Positions 33,115 through 42,958 of a stretch of 64,000 nucleotides of DNA are shown here, one piece after another (position 1 is the stretch's first letter; each line of letters starts with the position of its first letter). The position numbers were made by a program, and so were the translations under genes. The notes below the pieces were generated by a model. The model saw only the letters and a list, made by a program, of their open reading frames with translations. It was not told the origin of the DNA and did not search any database. The DNA comes from Nitrospirota bacterium (GTDB lineage Bacteria; Nitrospirota; JACRHJ01): positions 31,837 to 95,836 of the forward strand of contig CAWJRJ010000030.1 in assembly GCA_963845245.1 (NCBI GenBank), in the 5' to 3' direction.

Positions 33115-34096
33115 TTACCACTTGATAAGGGCTGAAGCCCATGACAGTCCGCCGCCGAACGCCTCTAGAATAACAAGGCTTCCATCTTTAATGCGTCCGT
33201 CCCGCACTGCCTCGTCAAGCGCCATGGGCACTGATGCCGCAGAGGTGTTGCCGTACTTGTTCAGTGTTATGACGACCTTTTCCATAGGCAGGTTCAGCCT
33301 TTTCGCAGTCGCCTGGATTATCCTGAGGTTCGCCTGGTGCGGCACGAGCATGTCGATGTCGGAAGAAGAATACCCGTTATGCTCAAGGGCCTCAATCACC
33401 ACTTCCTCCAGGGCCCTCACGGCAACCTTGAAGGTCTCGTTCCCCTTCATCTTTATAAAGTGAAGGCCTGACTTCCACGCTCAACAGGCTTGCCGGGTTC
33501 AAGGACCCCCCGCCCGGTATACATAACAGGTCTGCCATGCTCCCGTCGGTGTGGAGGTGGGTCGAGAGTATGCCCCTTCCGTCCTCTTCCGCCACAAGGA
33601 CCACGGCCCCGGCCCCGTCTCCAAACAAAACGCAGGTATTTCTGTCCGTCCAGTCGGTGATCTTTGAAAGCGTCTCAGCCCCGATAACCAGGACCCTTTT
33701 GTATATCCCGCTTCTGATAAACGCATCAGCCGAAGCGAGCGCAAACAAGAAACCGGAACAGGCGGCCAGGATATCAAACGCCGCCGCTGCTTTTGCGCCA
33801 AGCTTGTCCTGTACTATACAGGCTGTGGCCGGAAATATCATGTCCGGCGTGGCAGTCGCCACAAGTATCAGCTCTATATCTTCCGGGTTCAGGGAGGCGG
33901 CTTCAAGCGCCCTTCTCGCGGCCTCTACCGCAAGGTCGGAAGAAGTGACGGAACTTTCTGCTATCCGCCTCTCCTCTATCCCGGTGCGCTCTATGATCCA
34001 CTCGCTGGAGGTATCCACCATCCTCTCAAGGTCATGGTTCGACAGCACCTTATCCGGCGCGAACGACCCGGTCCCAAGCACCCTGGTCCTGATCAT
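33115..34096 (-). CDS. fabH: 3-oxoacyl-ACP synthase III (one apparent frameshift near 33470)
   Basis: [14 protein letters not shown] (Cys), [13 protein letters not shown] (His) and GNTSAAS (Asn) across two ORF fragments. Confidence 0.95.
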
Positions 34097-35139
34097 TTCA
34101 GGACGCCCTCTTTCTCGCCAACCCTTTTTTTCTGCAATACCGTCCCGGCAACCATGGCTTCTATGTCGTCCTGTATATGCTTGTTTACCTGTTTCTCATG
34201 GAAATCGCGGGCAACCCTTATGGCGTTCTTTATCGCCTTAGGATTTGAGTGTCCGTGGCTGACGATGCTTATGCCGTTGATCCCGAGAAGCGGCGCACCG
34301 CCGTATTCGGAGTAGTCTATCCTCTTCTTGAACTTCGTGAAAGCGGGCCTAAGCAACAGGTAGCCCAGCCGTCCGCCGAAGGCATCCTCTATCTCTTTTT
34401 TGAGGAGCGAGTTCATAGCCTCGGCAAGCCCTTCGCTTATCTTAAGTGCGACATTTCCAATGAAACCGTCGCACACAATCACGTTTGCCTTGCCGTTGAA
34501 CACGTCGCGCCCTTCGACATTGCCGATGAAGTTCAACCTGCTGTCCCTCAGGAGCTTAAAGGTCTCCTTGGTCAGTTCGTTGCCTTTGGTGTCTTCCTCG
34601 CCTATGGAGAGCAACCCTACGCTAGGGCTGTCAACGTTATGCACCTTCCTTGCGAAGACATCACCCATAACAGCGAACTGTTGCAGGTGTACCGGCTTGC
34701 AATCGACGTTCGCGCCGACGTCCAGGAGGATCGTAACACCGGTCGTGCTGGGCATCAGCGTGGCGATGGCGGGCCGCTCGACGCCTTCCATCGGACCGAG
34801 GATAAAAAGAGCGGCAGCCATGGCCGCACCGGTGTGCCCGGCGCTTATCACGGCGACCGCGTCTCCGGTCTTCACCTGCTCGGTCGCAATGCGGATAGAG
34901 GAATCCTTCTTCCTCCTCATCACCGCAGAGGCGCTGTCTTTCATATCTATGACCTGCGAGGCGTGGACAATTGTTATGTCCAGCCCCTTGGTGTCCAGAT
35001 GTGAAAGTTCGCGCTTTACCCTGTCGTTGTCGCCGACAAGCACGATACCTACACCGTACTCGCGCGCAGCGTCAACCGCCCCCTGTACAACGGCTTTAGG
35101 GGCAAAATCCCCCCCCATAGCATCGACAGCTATCCTCAT
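34093..35139 (-). CDS. plsX: Phosphate acyltransferase PlsX
   Basis: [37 protein letters not shown] and YGGAPLLG. Confidence 0.97.
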   Translation of the reverse strand: MRIAVDAMGGDFAPKAVVQGAVDAAREYGVGIVLVGDNDRVKRELSHLDTKGLDITIVHASQVIDMKDSASAVMRRKKDSSIRIATEQVKTGDAVAVISAGHTGAAMAAALFILGPMEGVERPAIATLMPSTTGVTILLDVGANVDCKPVHLQQFAVMGDVFARKVHNVDSPSVGLLSIGEEDTKGNELTKETFKLLRDSRLNFIGNVEGRDVFNGKANVIVCDGFIGNVALKISEGLAEAMNSLLKKEIEDAFGGRLGYLLLRPAFTKFKKRIDYSEYGGAPLLGINGISIVSHGHSNPKAIKNAIRVARDFHEKQVNKHIQDDIEAMVAGTVLQKKRVGEKEGVLK

Positions 35140-35154
35140 TTTATCCCGGATTTG

Positions 35155-35337
35155 TTAGATTTCCTCAACAGAGACGACTTCGCGCCCTTTGTAGGTGCCG
35201 CAGCTCCCGCAGACCCTGTGGGCCAGCTTTGGCTCATGGCATTGCGGGCAAAGCGAGACGTTCGGGGCAGTAAGGATCTTGTGGGTCCTTCTCTTTGCCG
35301 TCCTCGCCTTGGAGGTCTTATTAGTTGGATTAGCCAT
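35155..35337 (-). CDS. rpmF: 50S ribosomal protein L32 (Zn-ribbon form)
   Basis: MANP..KTSKAR..KRR, CPQC...HRVC.SCG.YKG. Confidence 0.96.
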   Translation of the reverse strand: MANPTNKTSKARTAKRRTHKILTAPNVSLCPQCHEPKLAHRVCGSCGTYKGREVVSVEEI

Positions 35338-35351
35338 TCTTTACTCCTTTC

Positions 35352-35873
35352 TCATCCTTTGTCTTTCAGAAAATCCTTCAGGGCTTCAAAGCCCGGATGT
35401 CCTTCTGGCGGCTTGCAGCCGCAGGTACGTTCATTCAAGTCCTGTCCACAGTATGGGCACAGGCCCAGACAACCTTCACTGCAAAGGGGTTTCATCGGCA
35501 CCTGGAGGAGTACCTGTTCCCTTAGCAGGTTGGTGATATCAACGACATCGCCGTTGTAAAACTCAACATCCAGGTCGCCGGCCTGAAGTTCCTTCTCTTC
35601 TTCAGACGCTCCCTTGAGCGGGTGTAGATCCAGGTCAAGCCCGGATGTCACCCTGAATTGGTATTTCTTTGCACACCGGGAACAGGAAAGTTCAACGACT
35701 GTATCGATCCCGCCCTTTATATGAACAGTAGCCCCGACTTTTTCAACTCGAAGACTGGCTGTTACCGGCTGTAGGAGCCCTATTTCCTCGTCGAACTCGC
35801 CGAATTCCGTCGCCTCGGCTGCCAATTCTATCTTGAAACCCTCGGCGGGAATCTCGGAAACCTTGATTTCCAT
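35352..35873 (-). CDS. yceD: YceD/DUF177 family protein
   Basis: CSRC and PMKPLCSEGCLGLCPYCG.DLN...C.C; conserved position before rpmF; AGGAGG RBS before ATG at 35873. Confidence 0.9.
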   Translation of the reverse strand: MEIKVSEIPAEGFKIELAAEATEFGEFDEEIGLLQPVTASLRVEKVGATVHIKGGIDTVVELSCSRCAKKYQFRVTSGLDLDLHPLKGASEEEKELQAGDLDVEFYNGDVVDITNLLREQVLLQVPMKPLCSEGCLGLCPYCGQDLNERTCGCKPPEGHPGFEALKDFLKDKG

Positions 35874-35971
35874 GGTCCCTCCTAAAAAAGGGCGCAAAAA
35901 AGCGCCTTCCCATACCCACACGGCATCCAGGAGGAAAGGGGCTTCGACAAGCTGCTTGAAAAAGCAGATGA

Positions 35972-36000
35972 ATTATACAGAGAGGCATATTGGATGTCAA
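35972..36000 (-). promoter_or_regulatory. Consensus sigma70 promoter of the yceD-rpmF-plsX-fab operon
   Basis: Minus strand TTGACA-17 nt-TATAAT, an exact consensus. Confidence 0.8.
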
Positions 36001-36096
36001 GGAAATTCATGAACTTCGACATCTCCCCTATACCTACTAATTATTTAATAATTCTTGGTTTATGCGCTCTACGGGGATTATCGGGGACGAGGGCAG

Positions 36097-36594
36097 TCAA
36101 AGTCCTCTTTTATGGAGGGCTTTCTTGATTTTTGCGTTTTTGTACGCCTTTACGAGGTAATATACTAAAAGGTATGAGGCAGTGGCTGAAACTGCGGTCA
36201 CGGTTATGTTCCCGATTATGTACGGCAGTATAAGCCTTTTTCCAAGAACTGCCTCCCATAGGTCGGTATGGGTTTTAAGGCTTTTAAAAAGGAACGCGGT
36301 ATCTTTGATGCTGTTGCCAAGCATAAGCGAACCAGTAAAGAAGCTCAACGCCCAAAAAAAAGGCGAAGTCCACGGATTCATTAACAACGTGCCTATTATT
36401 GCCGATGCCTTGTTGATTTTAGTCAGCCACGCCAAAAAAATGACTATAACTATCCCAAGGCCAAAGGTGGGGAAAATTCCTACTGTTACGCCTATAGCGA
36501 AGCCGAGCGCCACTTTTTCAGGCGAGTCGTTCAGGCGTACCAGCCTGAGATAGTGATACCTGACCCACCGGATAAAATTCCTTTTTCCCCACAT
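36097..36594 (-). CDS. DUF2062 family membrane protein
   Basis: DSPEKVALGFAIGV..GIFPTFG and MNPWTSP pattern; hydrophobic helices. Confidence 0.8.
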   Translation of the reverse strand: MWGKRNFIRWVRYHYLRLVRLNDSPEKVALGFAIGVTVGIFPTFGLGIVIVIFLAWLTKINKASAIIGTLLMNPWTSPFFWALSFFTGSLMLGNSIKDTAFLFKSLKTHTDLWEAVLGKRLILPYIIGNITVTAVSATASYLLVYYLVKAYKNAKIKKALHKRGL

Positions 36595-36602
36595 GGCTTA
36601 CC

Positions 36603-37355
36603 TCAATAGTGCAAGCCGCCGTACCACTCCAGGAAACCGCCGCCCCAAAAGATAGCGACAACAGCGCCCGCAACGAGGAACGGCCCGAATGGTATAGGGG
36701 TCTTTCTGTGCATCCCCTTGATCACCATAAGCCCAATCCCGACAGTTGCGCCGAACACTGAACCAAGGAATATGGTGAGCAGGACGCCCTTCCATCCGAT
36801 GAACCCGCCTATCATGGCAATCAGTTTTATATCACCGCCGCCCATCCCTCCACGGCTTAACACCGCTATCAGGAAAAAAAGACCGCCGCCGATTATAACT
36901 CCGAGCAACGAATCAATAAAACTCATTTTAAGCACAAGCGGACCGAGCAAGAGCCCGAGGGCAATACCTGGGAGGGTTATCCCGTCCGGAATTATCTTAT
37001 GCTCAAGGTCGATAAAGGTCACCACGATGAAAGTTGACATTAGCGCCATGATAAGTGCCGACTGCTCGTTGAACCCGAATCTTACCGCAACCAAGGTGTA
37101 CGCTATCGCATTCAGCAGCTCGATAGCCGGATAAATAAGCGAGATTTTGGTGCCGCAAGTACTGCACCTGCCCCGAAGAAGGATATAGCTTAAAACCGGA
37201 ATATTGTGTATGGGTTTTATCTGGGAGTTGCATTTTGGGCAAGATGACGGCGGGCTTACTATGGACTTTCCCATGGGTATACGGTATATACAGACATTGA
37301 GAAAACTTCCGATTAGAAGTCCAAAGACGAATACGACTACGTATGGAAGGAACAT
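36603..37355 (-). CDS. pilD: Prepilin peptidase / N-methyltransferase
   Basis: GSFLNVCIYRIP, CPKC...C.TC Zn motif, IDLEHKIIPD, GMGGGDIKL and IPFGPFL. Confidence 0.95.
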   Translation of the reverse strand: MFLPYVVVFVFGLLIGSFLNVCIYRIPMGKSIVSPPSSCPKCNSQIKPIHNIPVLSYILLRGRCSTCGTKISLIYPAIELLNAIAYTLVAVRFGFNEQSALIMALMSTFIVVTFIDLEHKIIPDGITLPGIALGLLLGPLVLKMSFIDSLLGVIIGGGLFFLIAVLSRGGMGGGDIKLIAMIGGFIGWKGVLLTIFLGSVFGATVGIGLMVIKGMHRKTPIPFGPFLVAGAVVAIFWGGGFLEWYGGLHY

Positions 37356-37356
37356 C

Positions 37357-37683
37357 CTATATTTCCTCTTCCCCGATAGAGGCCTTTTTAATCTTCAGGT
37401 TGAGGGACTCTATCTCTGTTTTGATGTCCGATAGCTCCCTCACGGCCTCCAGGACCTCCTGGTCGTTCATCACGCCACCGCTTTTTTGCTCCCACAGGAA
37501 AAACACCCTCTCCCCAAGCTGCTTAAATATGCGGTCTCCTTTGTTCTCTATACTGCCTTTTTCTATCAATAGTCTGGCAACCGCCGCCTCCACCCGTGCG
37601 CGTTCGGATACGACCTTCGAAACCCTCATCACCTGCTCAATGCCGTTGTCAAGGCTTCTCTTAATGCGGTCCCAGAGAATCAT
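37357..37683 (-). CDS. Hypothetical coiled-coil protein
   Basis: 108 aa helical ORF with GAGGG RBS, tightly packed between recG and pilD. Confidence 0.7.
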   Translation of the reverse strand: MILWDRIKRSLDNGIEQVMRVSKVVSERARVEAAVARLLIEKGSIENKGDRIFKQLGERVFFLWEQKSGGVMNDQEVLEAVRELSDIKTEIESLNLKIKKASIGEEEI

Positions 37684-37704
37684 GCAGTAGCCCTCTTAAT
37701 TATA

Positions 37705-39846
37705 CTATCCCGCCGCGACAAAACCCATTTTGCCGCTCCATTTGGCGACTAGCGCCGACTTAAGGCCCTTAAGCTCCGGGGATGAAAGTCCCGGGTTCTT
37801 CTCAGCCATGGCAAAGGCCTCTTTCCTGGCCGCCTCGAGTATTTTCACGTCGCGTACGATGTCTCCCAGGACAAGGTCCGGCAGACCGGACTGCCTGGTA
37901 CCGAGGAACTCACCCGGCCCTCTGAGGTTCAAGTCTTCCTCTGCTATTTCGAAACCGTCTTTGCATTTTAGCATAGCGGTGAGCCTCTTGCGAGAATTTT
38001 CGGAAAAATTCGACGCCAGAAGCGCGCAATATGACTGGTGCCCTGAACGCCCCACCCTCCCCCTCAGCTGGTGGAGCTGTGCAAGACCGAACCTCTCGGC
38101 ATGCTCGATTACGATTACAGCTGCATTCGGTACGTCCACGCCCACCTCGATGACAGTCGTGGACACAAGTATGTCGATCTTCCCGGTCCTGAACTCATCC
38201 ATTACACGCTCTTTTTCCGCCGCCTTCATCTTGCCGTGGATAAGCCCGACCTCATGCCCTGAAAAGGTATCCTTTAGCCTCTGTGCCCCCTCTTTTGCGG
38301 CCTTAAGGTCTGAGCGCTCAGACTCCTCCACAAGCGGGTAGACGACATAGGCCTGACGGCCATCCATGATCTCTCTTTTAACCAGTTTGTAGGCTTCAGC
38401 CCTGTTCTTTTCGTCAAAAACCTTTGTAAGCACCGGTTTCCTTCCGGTGGGGACCATGCGTATAATAGAAATATCCAGGTCGCCATAGAGGGTCATGGCA
38501 AGGGTGCGCGGTATCGGCGTCGCCGTCATAACCAAAACATGCGGGTTAGCCCCTTTGCCGCCCAGAAGCGCCCTCTGCATCACACCAAAGCGGTGTTGCT
38601 CGTCAACTACGGCAAGCCCCAGCTTTTTGAAGGCCACGCCCTCCTGGATGAGCGAGTGGGTCCCGACCGCGACCTGTGTGATTCCCTCCGCTATCTCAAG
38701 ATATGCCTGTTCCTTCTCTTTTTTCTTGAGCGAACTTGTGAGCAAACCGACCTTGACGCCCAAAGGCTCCAAGTATGTTTTAAGGTTAAAATAGTGCTGC
38801 TCCGCAAGGATTTCGGTCGGCGCCATAAGAGCGGACTGGAATCCGCCCTCCGCCGCATGCAGGATTGCGGACACGGCTACGACCGTCTTTCCGCTGCCTA
38901 CGTCTCCCTGGACGAGCCTGGCCATGGGGACATCTTTTTCCATGTCCGCCCTGACCTCGGAAATGACTGTTTTCTGGTCAGACGTCAGCACAAACGGGAG
39001 CGACTTCTCAAACCTCTCGAGCAGGACTCCCGCCTGATTTTATCCTTATGCCCGTCCTTTTCAGTACACGCCCTTTTTTCATCATGGCGAGCCCGAGTTC
39101 AAGCAAAAGGAACTCATCGAATATGAGCCTCTTGTGCGCCCTGCTGCCCCTGACGGCCAGTACGCCAATATCTTTTTCCTTCTCTGGAAAATGGACTTCT
39201 CTTATAGCCTCGGAAAGATGGGGATATTGTATTTACTATGGAACCCCTCCGGCAGGAAATCTACCAATAAACCGGAGAACTCATCCACAATCCCTTTGAT
39301 CAACGCCCTCAACTGCCTGACGCTCAGGCCGGATGTTGTCCTGTATATCGGGACAATGCGCCCGGTATGGATGGTGGCATCCCCTTCGTCCTCGATTATC
39401 TCGTACTCCGGGTTCTCAATTACAGGCCTGTAACCTTTGTAGCTGTCGGGTTTTGGTATGCCGGAAAGTATGATCTTCTGGCCGACAGCGAAGCTTTTTT
39501 GCATGAATGGCTGGTTGAACCAGATGCCGGTTATCGAGCCGGTGTCGTCCTTTATAGTCAGCTCGAATATCTTCATCCGCCTGCGGTTTGTGGTGACCAC
39601 CTGCATGGAGGACACCTCACCGGCAACGGTCTCGTAACTGCCGTAGACTACCCTTGATATCTTTTTGAAATTGCCCCTGTCCTCGTACCTGTACGGCAGA
39701 TAATAAAGGGCATCGTGTACGGAATGCATACCGAGACGCGCCAGAAGGGCGGCCCGCCTGGGGCCTATACCCTTCAGGTACTGTAGCGGCTGGGAAAGGT
39801 CGTTCGGCTGCCTTTTAGGGCCTGCGGCAGCCGGGAGGTTATCCAT
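37705..39846 (-). CDS. recG: ATP-dependent DNA helicase RecG (two apparent frameshifts, near 39210 and 39030)
   Basis: LKGIGP...LPYRYED wedge domain, QGDVGSGKT, DEQHRFG, MTATPIPRT, QLRGRVGR and DLNLRGPGE. Confidence 0.95.
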
Positions 39847-39862
39847 AGTTAAGTCTTTTCAA

Positions 39863-40063
39863 TTAGTTTGCAGCGTTCAGGTCCTTTATAAGCGCATCGA
39901 CGTCTATGCCGTGGGCTAGCGCACCCTGCTCTATGCTCTCGTAGGCCGCGGCAATGCAGCCTATGCAGCCCAGGTGGTACTTTGAGAATATTTCACCGGC
40001 CTTGGGGTTGGTCTGAATCGCCTGGGTGAATGACATATCCTTTGTAATAACAGCGGTGCCTTG
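39863..40063 (-). CDS. DUF1858 (hybrid-cluster-associated redox disulfide) small protein
   Basis: ITKDM...P....F...LGCIGC.AA..ESIEQGA..HGID pattern; ATG at 40063 with GAGGA RBS. Confidence 0.82.
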   Translation of the reverse strand, partial: QGTAVITKDMSFTQAIQTNPKAGEIFSKYHLGCIGCIAAAYESIEQGALAHGIDVDALIKDLNAAN

Positions 40064-40107
40064 CATTTCGATTTCCTCTCCATGGTTAGATTGTTCTAAT
40101 TTTTCTC

Positions 40108-40136
40108 TTGCCAAAAAAACCTCAGAATGGTAACAT
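40108..40136 (+). promoter_or_regulatory. Sigma70-type promoter of rpmB
   Basis: TTGCCA-17 nt-TAACAT with TGn extension. Confidence 0.5.
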
Positions 40137-40177
40137 ACGCGCTCTTTCAATGCAATTTAATTTTTTGGAGGTGTGCT

Positions 40178-40369
40178 TTGTCAAGGGAATGCGCCGTCTG
40201 CGGCAAGAATTTAAAACCGGGTCATAACGTCAGTCATTCAAACAGCAAGTCCAACAGGACCTTCAAGCCGAACCTTCAGAGCATCAGCATCATAACAGAC
40301 GGCTCAAAGAAGAAGGCCCTTGTCTGCACCCGCTGCATACGCACCGGCAAGATTGTAAAGGCGGTCTAG
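40178..40369 (+). CDS. rpmB: 50S ribosomal protein L28 (CxxC/CxxC form)
   Basis: TTG start after GGAGG; SRECAVCGK...GHNVSHS...RTFKPNLQ...VCTRCIR.G. Confidence 0.95.
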   Translation: MSRECAVCGKNLKPGHNVSHSNSKSNRTFKPNLQSISIITDGSKKKALVCTRCIRTGKIVKAV

Positions 40370-40755
40370 CCGGATTTTTTCCAGGCTACCGCCTCTATCT
40401 CTATCGCCACGTCCTTCGGAAGCCTTGCTACCTCAACCGCCGCCCTCGCGGGCGGTGAATCCCCGAAGAACCTCCCGTAGACCTCGTTTACCCTTGAGAG
40501 GTCGTCCATAAGCTCAAGGTAAACCGTCGTCCGTACCACGTCCTCAAGGCCCATCCCGGCCTCCTGGAGGATGTTCCTTATGTTCACGAGCACCCTCTCG
40601 GTCTGTTCCTTGATGTCGGCGAAGACGACCTCGCCCGTCTCCGGGTTCAGTGGTATCTGCCCGGATACAAAGACGAAATCGCCCGCCCGCACGGCCTGCG
40701 AATAGGCCCCGACAGCCGCCGGGGCGCGGTCCGTCCTGATTATATCTCTGGGCAT
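40366..40755 (-). CDS. ridA: RidA/YjgF reactive intermediate deaminase
   Basis: APAAVGAYSQA, VSGQIP, VNEVY..FF..PPAR and LPK...IEIEAVA. Confidence 0.92.
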   Translation of the reverse strand: MPRDIIRTDRAPAAVGAYSQAVRAGDFVFVSGQIPLNPETGEVVFADIKEQTERVLVNIRNILQEAGMGLEDVVRTTVYLELMDDLSRVNEVYGRFFGDSPPARAAVEVARLPKDVAIEIEAVAWKKSG

Positions 40756-40798
40756 AAGATCTCCTGAAGTTTATATTCTATTGCCGCGGTCTCTTCCA

Positions 40799-42957
40799 TC
40801 ACGTCTTTACACGCTTCACGTTTATCACGCCGTCGACCTGGCTTATCTTCTTTATCACCCTGTCCAGGTGTTTCAGGTCGGTTATCTCTACGACAAAGTT
40901 TCCTATGGCCCTCTTGTCCTCGGTGGTGGTTATCTCCGCGTGAGTGATGTTCGAGTCCGCGGACGATATCGCCGTGGATACGTTCGCCAGAAGGCCCGGC
41001 TTGTCCACCGTCGAGGACGGATATCTTTGCCGAATGGGTGGTTGGGTGCTCTATATCCCATTCCACCTCTATTATCCTGTCGCGGTCGCTCTCCAGGTCG
41101 TATGATATTAGTGCAGTCGGCGGAGTGTATGGATACCCCCTGCCCGCGGTTATGAACCCGACTATCCTGTCGCCGGGCACCGGGTTGCAGCATTTGGAGT
41201 AGTGGATCATTATGTCGTCAACGCCTTTTATCTTGACGCCTTTATCCTTGGCCTTCGGGATTATCTTGCGGGTCACCTTTTTCAGGATCGACTCGTCGCG
41301 CCTCTCCTCGGAAGGCGCGCCCTCCGGCAGCAGGACATGTACCGCCTGGCGGGGGGATATTTTTCCAAAACCGATCTCGCTGTAAAGGGCGTCCAGGTCT
41401 TCCAGACCAACGCCTCTACCATGGCGTTTATCTCTCCGGACTTGATGATCTTTCTGGGGGTTTATGTCCTTCTTCTTCAGCTCCTTCTCGAGGAGGTCGC
41501 GCCCAAGGTCGGTGCTCTGCTTGTCTTCCTCCATCTTGAGCCAGTGCTTGATCCTGGTCCTCGCCTTGGAGGTCTTTACGAACTTCAGCCAGTCCCTCGA
41601 AGGCACATGGCCCGGCTGGGTAACTATCTCCACGGTGTCGCCGGTCTGAAACTCATACCTGTATCGGGACCATCTTCCCGTTCACCTTCGCGCCGACGCA
41701 CTGGTTCCCTATGTCGGTATGTATGCTGTATGCGAAGTCCACCGGCGTGGACCCTTTCACAAGCTCCTTGACGTCGCCCATGGGCGTAAACACGTAAACC
41801 ACCTCCGGGAAGAGGTCGACCTTGACCGTATCAAGGAACTCGTGGGAGTCGGTAAGTTCCTTCTGGTACTCGACGAGCTGCCGGAGCCACGAGAAGCGTT
41901 TTTCGTCCTCCTGCGCTATCTTTCCCTTTTCCTTGTACTGCCAGTGCGCCGCGATGCCGGTTTCGGCTATCCGGTGCATCTCCTCGGTGCGTATCTGGAA
42001 CTCGACCCTGTCGCCCTTGGGTCCTATGACGGTCGTATGGAGCGACTGGTACAGGTTGGATTTCGGGACGCCGATGAAGTCCTTGAACCGGCCGGGAACC
42101 GGTATCCAGAGGGAATGGATCATCCCGAGGATCGCGTAGCAGTCGGCCTTGGTGTCAGTGATTATCCGCAAGGCCGTCAGGTCGTACATCTCGTCCACGG
42201 TGATGCCCTGCTTCAGCATCTTCTGGTATATGCTGTAGTAATGCTTGGGGCGGCCCAGTACCCTGCCTGGCAGGTTGTTTTTCTCCATATGCGCATTGAC
42301 TATGGATATAAGCTCGTTTATATAGTCCTCACGCTCGGCGCGGTCCTGGGATATCTTCTGCACAAGTTCGTTGTATATCTGCGGTTCGAGATATTTCAGG
42401 ACGAGGTCTTCGAGCTCCCATTTTATACGGCCAAGTCCGAGCCTGTTTGCAATGGGCGCATAGATGTCGCGGGTCTCAAGGGCTATGGCCCTTTGCCTTT
42501 CGGGCTTGAGGTGCTCAAGCGTGCGCATGTTGTGGAGGCGGTCTGCCAGCTTGATCAGGATTACCCGGATGTCCTTTGACATCGCAAGAATCATCTTGCG
42601 AAAGTTCTCAGCCTGCTGCTCCTCGCGGGTCTTGAACTCTATCCTGGCAATCTTGGTGAGGCCGTCGACGATTGCGGCTACCTCGTCGCCGAAATACTCG
42701 GCGATCTGCTCCACCGTGGTGTCGGTGTCCTCGACGGTATCGTGCAGGAGCCCGCCAGCCACCGTTATATAGTCGAGTTTGAGTTCGGCGAGTATGCCCG
42801 CAACCTCGATCGGATGGACAAGGTAGGGTTCTCCTGAGAGGCGGCTCGCACCCTGATGAACCTTGGCCGAGAATATATAGGCTCGCCTCAGAAAGTCCAG
42901 GTCCGCGTCCGGCTGGTACTGCTGGATCTTGTCCAGTATGTCTTCAAAACGGAGCAT
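40799..42957 (-). CDS. relA: Bifunctional (p)ppGpp synthetase/hydrolase (long RSH); several apparent frameshifts in the 3' third
   Basis: SGEPYLVHP, LLHDTVED (HD hydrolase), IKLADRLHNMR, PKSNLYQSLHT, EFQIRT, TGS (TPVDFAYSIHT), ZFD (SKCCNPVPGD) and ACT (DKPGLLANV) domains. Confidence 0.93.
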
Positions 42958-42958
42958 C

